The translations under genes were made by a program, and so were the position numbers. A model generated the notes under the pieces. That model did no database searches. It was not told where the DNA came from and saw nothing but the letters and a program-made list of their open reading frames with translations. A stretch of DNA of 32,000 nt from Prochlorococcus marinus subsp. pastoris str. CCMP1986 (GTDB taxonomy: Bacteria > Cyanobacteriota > Cyanobacteriia > PCC-6307 > Cyanobiaceae): the NCBI RefSeq assembly GCF_000011465.1, contig NC_005072.1, positions 1,380,001 to 1,412,000 of the forward strand, given 5' to 3'. This document shows positions 1 to 10,605 of the stretch, piece by piece. Each line of letters starts with the position of its first letter. The stretch's first letter is position 1.

Positions 1-953
1 TTTTACTTATAATTATAATTTTAGTAGGTTCAGCATGTTGTTCAGGAGTAGAAGCAGCTTTTTTAGCAGTCAATTCAATAAGGATTTTAGAATTAGCATC
101 AAAACAAAAACCCAAGAGTTCTGCAAATCAACTACTTAAACTTAGAAAACATCTTGGGAGAACTTTAACTGTAATTACCATAACTAATAATGGGTTTAAC
201 ATAATTGGTAGTCTCCTTTTAGGAGTCTATGGGGCACTAATAATTAAAAGTAGTTTGGGATTAACATTATTTTCAATCGCTTTTTATGTATTAGTTGTAT
301 TACTTGGCGAAGTACTTCCAAAAGCATTAGGTACAAGATTTTCCCTACAAATAGCCATGTTTTCTGTTCCTATTTTGAGGATGTTAAATAGTTTAATGAG
401 GCCATTTTTATTATTAATAGAACAATTATTTCCTGTTATAACTGCGGAGAACGAAATATCGACTGATGAAGCAGAGATTAGACAAATGGCGAAAATAGGC
501 TCACAGAAGGGATTTATAGAGGCTGATGAAGCAGAAATGATACTTAAGGTTTTTCAATTAAATGACTTAAAAGCGAAAGATTTAATGATCCCAAGAGTGT
601 CAGCGCCTAGTCTTGATGGGTCCTCAAATCTTGATGAAATTTCCAAACTTATAATTTCAAATAATTCTCCATGGTGGGTTGTTTTGGGAGATAAAGTTGA
701 CAAAATACAAGGGATAGCTAAACGTGAGAACTTACTAACTAGTCTTATCAAAGGAGAAAATAAAAAATTAATATCTGAATTATGTGATCCTGTCGACTAC
801 ATCCCGGAAATGATAAAAGTAGACAAGTTGTTAACAAGATTTGACAAGGATCATAAAGGAGTGAAAGTAGTAGTAGATGAATTTGGAGGATTCGTGGGAA
901 TAATCGGATCAGAAGCTGTGCTCTCGGTATTGGCAGGTTGGTGGAAAGAATAA
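1..953 (+). CDS. CNNM/DUF21 transmembrane + CBS-pair protein (HlyC/CorC-type putative divalent-cation transporter family); 5' end lies outside the window
   Basis: Hand translation of frame 3 from nt 3 is open with no stop (LLIIIILVGSACCSGVEAAFLAVNSIRILELASKQKP...), running to TAA 951-953. The track ORF 255..953 is therefore only the 3' part. SGxEAAxxAxxxxR-I/L-xxL is the DUF21 N-terminal signature. DLMIPR... and VVDEFGGFVGIIG are CBS-pair hallmarks. The protein ends right after CBS2 with no CorC_HlyC C-terminal domain. Confidence 0.8.
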   Translation, partial: LLIIIILVGSACCSGVEAAFLAVNSIRILELASKQKPKSSANQLLKLRKHLGRTLTVITITNNGFNIIGSLLLGVYGALIIKSSLGLTLFSIAFYVLVVLLGEVLPKALGTRFSLQIAMFSVPILRMLNSLMRPFLLLIEQLFPVITAENEISTDEAEIRQMAKIGSQKGFIEADEAEMILKVFQLNDLKAKDLMIPRVSAPSLDGSSNLDEISKLIISNNSPWWVVLGDKVDKIQGIAKRENLLTSLIKGENKKLISELCDPVDYIPEMIKVDKLLTRFDKDHKGVKVVVDEFGGFVGIIGSEAVLSVLAGWWKE

Positions 954-955
954 AA

Positions 956-2197
956 ATGAAGCAAATTAATATTGATAAAAGTTATTTACTTTTGAAAAAA
1001 TGGTGGGAAAGTATTGATCTTACAAACTATGAAAAATGTAATTTAAACAATGAAATTATTTCTTTAAATCAACAACTTTTCAGACTTAACGAAAAGCAAT
1101 TAAGAATTGGAATATATGGCAAAGCAGGAGTTGGTAAATCCTCTATTTTGAATTTAATATTAAATAAAAACGTATTTAAGACAGGCATTATAAATGGGAC
1201 CACAAAAAATATTGAAAGGGAAGAGTGGAATTTCAAGCATCAAAGTCTAAGAACAATCGAATTAATTGATGCTCCAGGCTTTGATTTTTGTGACATCAAA
1301 GATCCAGAAAATATATTCTCGCAAATCAATAGTTCAGAACTAATTTTATTTACAATAACTGGAGATATAAACAGAAATGAAGTATCTCAAATCAATTCAT
1401 TTATTAAGAATGGGAAAAAAATTATTCTTGTTTTTAATAAAATTGATATGTGGGAAGGGCATGATTTAAAAGAAATTTTAAAAAATATAAGGTTAAAACT
1501 TCCACAATATATAAAAATCCCGATAATAATAAATTCGAAAAATAATATTAGGAACCAGTTAAGTGAGTTAATTAATAATTATGGAGAAAGTCTATTGACT
1601 TTAAACTCTCTTCAATTAGCTGATAAATTATTCTTAAAAATAAAAGAACAAAGATTAAAAAAAAGACAACGCGAAGCTCAATCGATTATAGGTAAATTTG
1701 CAACAATAAAAGCATCAGGTGTAGCATTGAATCCATTGATTTTGCTTGATATTGCAGGAGGTTTTGCATTAGATACTGCATTAGTTAGTGAGTTGAGCAA
1801 AGTTTATGGATTAAATCTTAAAGGTGAATCAGTACGAAAAATCATCAAAAAGATTTCTATAAATAATATCTTCCTTGGAGCCACTCAAGTTGGTATAAAT
1901 ACATCTTTTAATTTATTGCGTAAAATTTTCTTGGCCACTGCTCCTTTTACAAATGGTTTATCATTATTACCCTACGGACCTATTGCTATTGTACAAGCAG
2001 CTATATCGGTTCGCTCAACAAAAATAGTTGGTAAATTAGCCGCTAAAGAAATATTTAGAAAAAGTAAAGGATATCTTTTAGATCCATCTCACATAATCAA
2101 AAAAATCGCAATTAAAGAACCTGAGATTTTTGATTATACAAAGATTTATTTATCTAGTAAAAAGTTAGATAATAATTTTTCTATTTTTCTACCTTGA
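956..2197 (+). CDS. P-loop GTPase with C-terminal DUF697-like membrane-associated domain
   Basis: G1 GKAGVGKSS, G3 DAPGF, G4 NKID. The C-terminal half (ATIKASGVALNPLILLDIAGGFALDTALVSELSKVYG...) resembles DUF697. ATG at 956 is preferred over the TTG at 938, which would overlap the upstream stop. Confidence 0.75.
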   Translation: MKQINIDKSYLLLKKWWESIDLTNYEKCNLNNEIISLNQQLFRLNEKQLRIGIYGKAGVGKSSILNLILNKNVFKTGIINGTTKNIEREEWNFKHQSLRTIELIDAPGFDFCDIKDPENIFSQINSSELILFTITGDINRNEVSQINSFIKNGKKIILVFNKIDMWEGHDLKEILKNIRLKLPQYIKIPIIINSKNNIRNQLSELINNYGESLLTLNSLQLADKLFLKIKEQRLKKRQREAQSIIGKFATIKASGVALNPLILLDIAGGFALDTALVSELSKVYGLNLKGESVRKIIKKISINNIFLGATQVGINTSFNLLRKIFLATAPFTNGLSLLPYGPIAIVQAAISVRSTKIVGKLAAKEIFRKSKGYLLDPSHIIKKIAIKEPEIFDYTKIYLSSKKLDNNFSIFLP

Positions 2198-2775
2198 AAT
2201 TTGATACTAAAAATCGAATTGCCTTATTTGGGACTAGTGCAGATCCACCAACCATTGGTCACAAAAAAATACTTGAAGAATTATCAAACATTTATTCTTG
2301 TGTTATTGCTTATGCAAGTGATAATCCAAAAAAAAAGCATAAAGAAAATATTTTCTTTCGAAACCTTTTATTAAAATCACTTATAAAAGATATAAATAAT
2401 CCTAAAATCATTTTTAATCAAAAAATAAGTAGCCAATGGGCTATCGAATCTATTGAAGAATGTCAAAAAAATTATCCCTCTAGTAAAGTAGATTTTGTAA
2501 TAGGAAGTGATTTAATTACGGAAATTTTCTCATGGAAAAATTTTGATAAGATTATTCATGCAGTTAAATTACTTATCATCAAAAGGGAAGGATATCCAAT
2601 TGAATCTAAGACTCTTAAAATGTTAAAAATTAATAAAGTTATCTTTGAAATTTCTTCATTAAACATTCCCAATATTTCTAGTTCAATGGTTAGATTAAAT
2701 AATAATTATTCTGATTTACCTGAATCATTAATCGATATAGTGAAGAAGAATAACTTATATAAAACGATTAGGTAG
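2194..2775 (+). CDS. nadD: Nicotinate-nucleotide adenylyltransferase
   Basis: N-terminal FGTSADPPTIGH is the (T/H)xGH nucleotidyltransferase motif. Size is 193 aa and nadE lies directly downstream. The only canonical start after the in-frame TAA at 2173-2175 is TTG 2194, which overlaps the upstream TGA (TTGA). Confidence 0.75.
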   Translation: MKFDTKNRIALFGTSADPPTIGHKKILEELSNIYSCVIAYASDNPKKKHKENIFFRNLLLKSLIKDINNPKIIFNQKISSQWAIESIEECQKNYPSSKVDFVIGSDLITEIFSWKNFDKIIHAVKLLIIKREGYPIESKTLKMLKINKVIFEISSLNIPNISSSMVRLNNNYSDLPESLIDIVKKNNLYKTIR

Positions 2776-2779
2776 TTGA

Positions 2780-4477
2780 ATGAATTTTTTCATTGCACAA
2801 TTGAATCCAATTGTGGGAGATCTAGAGGGGAATGCGAAAAAAATACTTACTGAAACTGGTAAAGCATATTCAAATTGTGCTGATATGGTTCTCACCCCAG
2901 AATTATCATTATGGGGTTATCCTGCTAAAGATTTACTTCTAAAAAAAAATTTAATTGAAAGACAATATTCTATTTTAGATCAATTATCCATATCAATTTT
3001 TAAAAAATATGGGAATTTAAGTGTTGCGGTAGGGATTGCAGAAAAGATTGATGATTCTTTTTTCCCAAATCTTTATAATTCTATTGTTCTTATTGAGCGT
3101 GGCAAATGGAAAACAATTGCACGTAAAATTATTCTCCCAACTTATGAAGTATTTGATGAAAAACGATACTTTCGATCTGAGCAAAGAGTATCTGTAATCT
3201 CCAAAACAATAAAAAACAAAACTTATAAGCTTGGAATAACTATATGCGAAGATTTATGGGTTAATGAAAATATAGAAGGAAGAGGTATTCATAAAAAGAA
3301 TCCGATTATAGATTTAAAAAGCAAAAAAATTGATCTTTTATTAAATTTATCTGCCTCTCCTTATACGTTCAAAAAATTCAATTTAAGAAATAAAATTTCA
3401 AGTTTTGCTGCTAAATATCTTCAAGTCCCCTTAATATATGTTAACCAGATAGGGGCAAATGATGATTTAATTTTTGATGGAAATAGTTTCATTATGAATA
3501 AAAATGGATCAAAAATTAAACAATTAAAATCGTTCTCAGAGGATACCTCTAGTTGGGATATTAACGAAAATTTAAATTTAGTAGACGAAAAAATCTCTTC
3601 TGAAATTTCTTCAGTTTTTGATGCTTTAGTTTTAGGAGTAAAAGACTATGCTAAAAAATGCGGATTTAGATCCGCTTTAATTGGCCTAAGCGGAGGAATT
3701 GATTCAGCATTAGTTTCAGTAATTGCAACTGCTGCATTAGGAAGTGAAAAAATTTTTTGCGTTTCAATGCCTTCAAAGTGGAGCTCAGAGCATTCTAAAA
3801 TCGATGCAAAAGATTTAGTCGCAAGACTAAACATAAACTTAAATACAATTTCAATTGAGAATATTATGTCCTCTTTTGAAAAATCTTTTATAGAAAGCTT
3901 AAACTTCAAAACAGAAGGAATAACAAATCAAAATATTCAATCAAGGATAAGGGGTACTCTCTTAATGGCTTTAGCTAATCAAGAAAATCATTTGTTACTT
4001 TCAACAGGTAATAAATCAGAACTAGCTGTTGGATATTGCACTTTATATGGTGACATGAATGGAGGATTATCTGTAATAGGTGATTTATATAAAACTAACG
4101 TTTTTAAATTGTGTAGATGGCTTGATAGTAAAGATTCAATAGAACATAGAAAAGCATATAAATTAGATACCAAAGTCAAAATAATAGGCGATCAAATCTG
4201 CAATAAGCCTCCAAGCGCTGAACTTGGTCCTGATCAACTTGATACTGATTCACTACCTCCATACTCTTTATTGGATAAAATTCTGAAGGGAATTATTGAA
4301 GAAAAAAAAGATTTACAACTTCTTGAACAAGATGGTCATACCAAAGAACAAATTTTAAAAATAATTACACTTATTAAAAAAGCCGAATTCAAAAGAAAGC
4401 AAGCTCCTCCAATACTAAAACTAAGTAGTCAATCACTTGGTAGTGACTGGAGAGTACCAATTGCAATCTCTAATTAA
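2780..4477 (+). CDS. nadE: Glutamine-dependent NAD+ synthetase (N-terminal CN-hydrolase/nitrilase domain + C-terminal NAD synthase domain)
   Basis: 565 aa. The N-terminal nitrilase-like domain contains the GITICEDLW active-site Cys context. The C-terminal domain carries the PP-loop SGGIDS. ATG start. Confidence 0.9.
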   Translation: MNFFIAQLNPIVGDLEGNAKKILTETGKAYSNCADMVLTPELSLWGYPAKDLLLKKNLIERQYSILDQLSISIFKKYGNLSVAVGIAEKIDDSFFPNLYNSIVLIERGKWKTIARKIILPTYEVFDEKRYFRSEQRVSVISKTIKNKTYKLGITICEDLWVNENIEGRGIHKKNPIIDLKSKKIDLLLNLSASPYTFKKFNLRNKISSFAAKYLQVPLIYVNQIGANDDLIFDGNSFIMNKNGSKIKQLKSFSEDTSSWDINENLNLVDEKISSEISSVFDALVLGVKDYAKKCGFRSALIGLSGGIDSALVSVIATAALGSEKIFCVSMPSKWSSEHSKIDAKDLVARLNINLNTISIENIMSSFEKSFIESLNFKTEGITNQNIQSRIRGTLLMALANQENHLLLSTGNKSELAVGYCTLYGDMNGGLSVIGDLYKTNVFKLCRWLDSKDSIEHRKAYKLDTKVKIIGDQICNKPPSAELGPDQLDTDSLPPYSLLDKILKGIIEEKKDLQLLEQDGHTKEQILKIITLIKKAEFKRKQAPPILKLSSQSLGSDWRVPIAISN

Positions 4478-4482
4478 AAAAG

Positions 4483-5541
4483 CTATTTCTTAAAATTTAA
4501 TTCTTGGACTTTATTCAACGGTCTTTTAATTGATTTTAGATTAATTCCCTGTCTAAGAGCAAGAATTAAGCCTGCAGCCTCGAAGTAACTATCCACTTCA
4601 ATGAGTTTGGGATAATTTAAATTATGATTTCCAAGATTTAATATATTTTTATTTTTTACAGAGATTACATTTAAACCTCTCTCAATACAAGCTAATACTC
4701 CTTCTCCTCCTAATGCCCCACTTGGAACAACAATAGATTCGATATGACTTGGGTGTAAGGTTATATTTTCATTGTTATCATTCAATTCTATAAGATCTGG
4801 TGCATTACTTAATCCAATCAGTACTGATGGCAAAAATGTATATCCTATTTCTTCTGAAGCAGCACGAGGATCTAAATTTTCGTTCAATTCAATTGGACTT
4901 AATGCAGGTGCATGTGCACAGGGGACTTTGAGATACTTACTTATCAAGTGACTTATTACAGCCTCCACTCCAGCAATAGGATCTACCCCCTTTCCCTCCC
5001 TATATGAATTTGTCTCAATCAAATCAGTATTATCAGGGAATTTGGCTACTATCGCTATTGCAGTTATCCCTTTCTCTATAAGCCTTTCTCCTGCTTCAAT
5101 TAAAGTATCGGGATTTTCAATCAAACCTTCGCTTATACCTTGTAATTCAGACTCAATAACTATTCCTAGCGGTTCTTTTGTTAAAACATATGAATCAACA
5201 TCAATCCCTAAAGTTGCGACACAAGCATCTGCGGCTTGTAAATGTCTCATTAATATTTCATGTTCAATACTTGAATCAAAAATTATTCCAATTTTCTGCT
5301 GTTTTACACTTTTGAGACCAATTTCTCCTTTAGCAAATCGATCTAAACTATAACCTTCCACGTAAAAAATATCTTTATTCTGTTCAGAAAGAGATCCCCC
5401 ATTCATGACATTTGGATGAGTAATTAAACATCCACTCGCAGATGCTAATAATTTTGCAGCAGGAAGGGCATCACCAGCGAATCCTCCTATTTCACATCCA
5501 ATTCCTGTTGGAATAATAAATATTGTGGGGGATATTGACAT
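4483..5541 (-). CDS. Conserved cyanobacterial/plastid-lineage protein of unknown function (DUF3326-like)
   Basis: 352-aa uninterrupted ORF with N-terminal IIPTGIGCEIGGFAGDA glycine-rich motif, which I recognise as DUF3326-like. ATG start lies 4 nt after the stop of the upstream 69-aa ORF. Confidence 0.65.
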   Translation of the reverse strand: MSISPTIFIIPTGIGCEIGGFAGDALPAAKLLASASGCLITHPNVMNGGSLSEQNKDIFYVEGYSLDRFAKGEIGLKSVKQQKIGIIFDSSIEHEILMRHLQAADACVATLGIDVDSYVLTKEPLGIVIESELQGISEGLIENPDTLIEAGERLIEKGITAIAIVAKFPDNTDLIETNSYREGKGVDPIAGVEAVISHLISKYLKVPCAHAPALSPIELNENLDPRAASEEIGYTFLPSVLIGLSNAPDLIELNDNNENITLHPSHIESIVVPSGALGGEGVLACIERGLNVISVKNKNILNLGNHNLNYPKLIEVDSYFEAAGLILALRQGINLKSIKRPLNKVQELNFKK

Positions 5542-5545
5542 TGAA

Positions 5546-5755
5546 TTATATTTTTGAATTCACTGGATTTACTAAAACAGCCTTAATTCTTATTTTTTTT
5601 ATATTAAGGGACTCTACTGAATCTTTAATATCTTCGATAGACCATCTTATAACTTCCCCTTTTTTCATAAGATTTTCAGTAATAAATCTCCTCAAATGAA
5701 TAATGTTTTTTGATCCTGGCCAATCTAAATAAAAATCAACCTTTTTTAAGTTCAT
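5546..5755 (-). CDS. Small hypothetical protein (69 aa), no recognisable domain
   Basis: ATG at 5755-5753 overlaps the TGA of the ferredoxin gene (ATGA). It is sandwiched with 4-nt spacing between two credible genes on the same strand, and no competing ORF exists. Confidence 0.55.
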   Translation of the reverse strand: MNLKKVDFYLDWPGSKNIIHLRRFITENLMKKGEVIRWSIEDIKDSVESLNIKKIRIKAVLVNPVNSKI

Positions 5756-6078
5756 ATTTGATATTTACCAAATTGATTATTATATAGATTATCTTCAACT
5801 TCATCGCCGATAATAATATGTAGATCAGATTTTGGATACGCAACACATAAAAGAGCAAAACCCTTTTCCTTCAAATCATCATTTAAACCCATTGCATCCT
5901 CTTGTTCAACTGATCCATCAATCACCATTGAGGCGCAGCTTGTACATACTCCCGAACAACAACTACTTGGTAAATCAATTCCATTAGCTTTAGCAGCAGA
6001 TATTATATCTTGATCTTCAGGACATAAAAAAACATACGTCTTTTTTTCTAATTCAACTTTTATATTATATTCCGACAT
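5752..6078 (-). CDS. Plant-type [2Fe-2S] ferredoxin (petF-like paralog)
   Basis: Exact C-x4-C-x2-C-x29-C ligand spacing (CCSGVCTSC ... 29 residues ... C in LLCVAYP), counted by hand. 108 aa. ATG lies 14 nt downstream of the atp gamma stop. Confidence 0.85.
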   Translation of the reverse strand: MSEYNIKVELEKKTYVFLCPEDQDIISAAKANGIDLPSSCCSGVCTSCASMVIDGSVEQEDAMGLNDDLKEKGFALLCVAYPKSDLHIIIGDEVEDNLYNNQFGKYQI

Positions 6079-6092
6079 TTTTAAAGATTCCG

Positions 6093-7043
6093 CTAGACTG
6101 CTGAACCTCCAACTACTTCAAGTATTTCCTGAGTTATAGCAGCTTGTCTTGCTTTGTTATAGGTAAGGTTTAGAGTACTTGCTAATTCTTTAGCATTATC
6201 ACTCGCATTATTCATAGCTGTCATTCTACAGGCAAGTTCTGAAGCAGCTGACTCTTGCAGCGCTCTAAGAATCTGATTCTGTAAGTACAAAGGTAATAAG
6301 GAATCTAATAACTGATCAGGACTTTGTTCAAAAACAATATCAGAAGGTAATTTATCTGAATCATTCTTTTCTATATTTGATTTTTCAACGAGTAACTTAC
6401 TATTTTTTGTAGTTAATCTAAAAATCTCATCATTATCCTCAGCAATTCCTTGAGGATCTAATGGCAACAATGTTTGCACAACTGGGGCACAACTCACGAG
6501 AGTGATGAATTTGGTATATATAATCTCTACCCTATCTGAGTTTTCTGATAAAAATTCGGCTAAGACATCATTAGTTATTCCTTCAGAATCTATAGCTGTT
6601 GGTACTTGTTCTAGCTCTTTGAATGTACTTTTTATTACGTATCTATCTTTCCTATTTTGGAAATAACCTATTGCCTTTTTGCCAACTAAAATCAAGTTAG
6701 GTTCATAACCTTGTTTGATCAACTCTGCGTACCTAATTTCAACCTTTTTAATTATGTTCGTATTGTATCCCCCACATAAACCTCTATCGGCAGTTATGCA
6801 AACTAAGGAGATTTTTTTTACGTTCCTTTTGGATAACAGAGGAGAATCTACAGCTTCAAACTGAACCCTAGATTGAATATTCTCGAGGACACGGGCAAGT
6901 TTGTCAGCGAAAGGTCTACTTTTTAGTACTTGATCTTGTGCTCTCCTCACCTTTGCAGCCGCAACTAATCTCATGGCTTCTGTTATTTTTCTAGTATTTT
7001 TAACAGAAACAATTCGATCTCTGATTTCTTTAAGATTTGCCAT
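6093..7043 (-). CDS. atpG: F1 ATP synthase gamma subunit (atpC in cyanobacterial nomenclature)
   Basis: Canonical gamma termini: MANLKEIRDRIVSVKNTRKITEAMRLVAAAKVRRAQ ... LTYNKARQAAITQEILEVVGG. It has a cyanobacterial-type insertion with no Cys pair in it. Confidence 0.95.
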   Translation of the reverse strand: MANLKEIRDRIVSVKNTRKITEAMRLVAAAKVRRAQDQVLKSRPFADKLARVLENIQSRVQFEAVDSPLLSKRNVKKISLVCITADRGLCGGYNTNIIKKVEIRYAELIKQGYEPNLILVGKKAIGYFQNRKDRYVIKSTFKELEQVPTAIDSEGITNDVLAEFLSENSDRVEIIYTKFITLVSCAPVVQTLLPLDPQGIAEDNDEIFRLTTKNSKLLVEKSNIEKNDSDKLPSDIVFEQSPDQLLDSLLPLYLQNQILRALQESAASELACRMTAMNNASDNAKELASTLNLTYNKARQAAITQEILEVVGGSAV

Positions 7044-7063
7044 GATATCTCCTTAGAATAAAT

Positions 7064-8593
<1,530 letters not shown>

Positions 8594-8612
8594 TTAAGGT
8601 TGGATTTTGAAT

Positions 8613-9155
8613 TTACTTGGATAGTGACAAACCAAGCTTTCTAATTTGAGAGGCAAGACTAGCATCAATTACTTTAGATCCTACACTCGCGACGAAACCA
8701 CCAATGAGGGATGGGTCGATTTTAGTTACAAGTTCTAATTTTTCAGTTCCAGCTATATTGATAATTTTTTTGGTAATTAAACCTTTTTGATCATCAGTAA
8801 GCTCAACAGCAGAAGTAACAGTTGCCAAAGCAATATTACTATTTTCTCTGTAAATTTCTAAAAATCTATCGAGAATTGAAGTTACAATTCCAATTCTTTG
8901 CCTATCAGCTAATAGTTTTAAAAAATTTAGAAGAGAAGAATTAATCTTTTCTGAAAAAATTTCAATTATTATTTTTTTCTTAGTATCTGTCTCTAAAACT
9001 GGAGAAGATAATGTTTTTTCTAGATCAGGGGAATCATTTATTAAGGATAGTAGTTGTTTTACCTCCTTAACCATTTCTTCAGTTTGATCGTTTTCACTAA
9101 CAACCTGAAGTAAGGCTTCTGCGTATGGGGTAGTAACGGAATTTAAAAGTGGCAT
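8613..9155 (-). CDS. atpH: F1 ATP synthase delta (OSCP) subunit (atpD in cyanobacterial nomenclature)
   Basis: 180 aa, positioned between b and alpha, OSCP-like sequence. Its ATG overlaps the b-subunit stop by 1 nt (TAATG on the minus strand). Confidence 0.9.
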   Translation of the reverse strand: MPLLNSVTTPYAEALLQVVSENDQTEEMVKEVKQLLSLINDSPDLEKTLSSPVLETDTKKKIIIEIFSEKINSSLLNFLKLLADRQRIGIVTSILDRFLEIYRENSNIALATVTSAVELTDDQKGLITKKIINIAGTEKLELVTKIDPSLIGGFVASVGSKVIDASLASQIRKLGLSLSK

Positions 9156-9667
9156 TAATTCATCTCAATATTATTTATGGATTGAGTTACCAAATTTTCT
9201 TGAGTTGTTTGATCAAGTCTATTTGGTAGAGAATCTAAAGCTTTCTTAATAGCTAATTCAACAGCTTCTTTTCGAAGTTGAGAAATCGCTCTTGAGGCTT
9301 CTGAGCTTTCATCAGAGATTGCACTTTGTTTTATTCGTGCCATCTCTTCAATGGCTTTTTTCTCACTTTCCATCCTGATTGATTCAGATCTTTTAAGAGA
9401 ATCTGCTTTTATTTGACCAGCTTTTTCTTCTGCTAAAGATAAGTCAGTCTTTGCTTTCTCTAAAGCTTGTGTAGCCTTAAGAAGTCGGTCTTCTGCATCT
9501 TTTAATTCAAGAAGAATTCCCTCTCTTCTTTTTTGAAGCATTTTCCCTAGAAAGCCTGGTAAAAATTTATAAAGGCCAAAAACAACTACAGCCCAATTAA
9601 GAACATTAGTTTCGAATAAATTAAGATTTAATCCAAAACCTTCTGTAGCTAGAAGAGGTAAATTCAT
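9155..9667 (-). CDS. atpF: F0 ATP synthase subunit b
   Basis: 170 aa with one N-terminal TM helix followed by a long charged coiled coil. ATG overlaps the b' stop (ATGA). Confidence 0.9.
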
Positions 9668-10125
9668 TTTTCTAGAATTAATCTATTAACAATAAGTTCG
9701 CTTAAGTCATCAGCTTGCTTAAAAAGCTGGTCACGAGCTGAAGATGTCTGATTTTCTATTTCTAACCTTGCTTTTTCCTTAGAAGCGTTTGCTTCATCAT
9801 TAGCAAGTGCAAGAGCCTCTTTATAAAGCTTATCAGATTCATTCTCAGCTTCGCTCACAATCTTTTGAGCTTCATAGCGAGCGCTTTGGAGCTGACTTAA
9901 TAAATCAGCTTCTAATTTTTCAACTTCTGAAAGTTTATTTTTGGCATCCATAATATTGTTACTTACAAATTTTTCTCTTTTTTCAACAACATTGCCTACT
10001 GGCTTAAAAAAAAGAGAATTTAGTATGTAAGTAAGAGCGACTACTTGTATTGCCATGAGAGGCAAAGTGGCATTTATATCAAATAAACCACCTTCAGTAG
10101 CACCAAAAAAATCAAAGGCCAACAT
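9664..10125 (-). CDS. atpF2: F0 ATP synthase subunit b' (atpG in cyanobacterial nomenclature)
   Basis: 153 aa with the same TM plus coiled-coil architecture. It sits between c and b, as in cyanobacterial and chloroplast operons. Confidence 0.85.
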
Positions 10126-10193
10126 ATCTTTCAGTTGAAATTAAAAAATTATTTTTAAATATTGCTAATAAGAATTAAAAGCAACATTAACTT

Positions 10194-10457
<264 letters not shown>

Positions 10458-10497
10458 TTAATGCTTGTGATAAATCTTTTTGTCTAACACGCTTGGA

Positions 10498-10538
10498 CAT
10501 TCTTTTTTTTTTAAGAATGGGTCTGAATTTTTCAGACC
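10498..10538 (-). promoter_or_regulatory. Two adjacent perfect stem-loops in the subunit-a to subunit-c spacer of the atp operon (candidate mRNA processing/stability element)
   Basis: Checked base by base. GGTCTGAA (10520-10527) pairs with TTCAGACC (10531-10538), 8 bp with a 3-nt loop. CATTCTT (10498-10504) pairs with AAGAATG (10513-10519), 7 bp with a T8 (A8 in the mRNA) loop. No U-tract follows either stem on the transcribed strand, so this is not a classic terminator. Confidence 0.4.
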
Positions 10539-10605
10539 TACGCGATTAAATATTTTGCCAGATTACAGGCCCTTTGTAAAAGAGTCTGAATGTATTAAAG
10601 AGAAA

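Noticed and set aside
938-955. Upstream alternative starts reported by the ORF track: TTG 938 for the GTPase, TTG 19015 for fumC, TTG 31568 for the DUF2997-like gene.
   Set aside because: In each case an ATG lies 1-6 codons downstream (956, 19018, 31559). The ATG avoids overlap with the preceding gene or leader and gives an N-terminus typical for the family.
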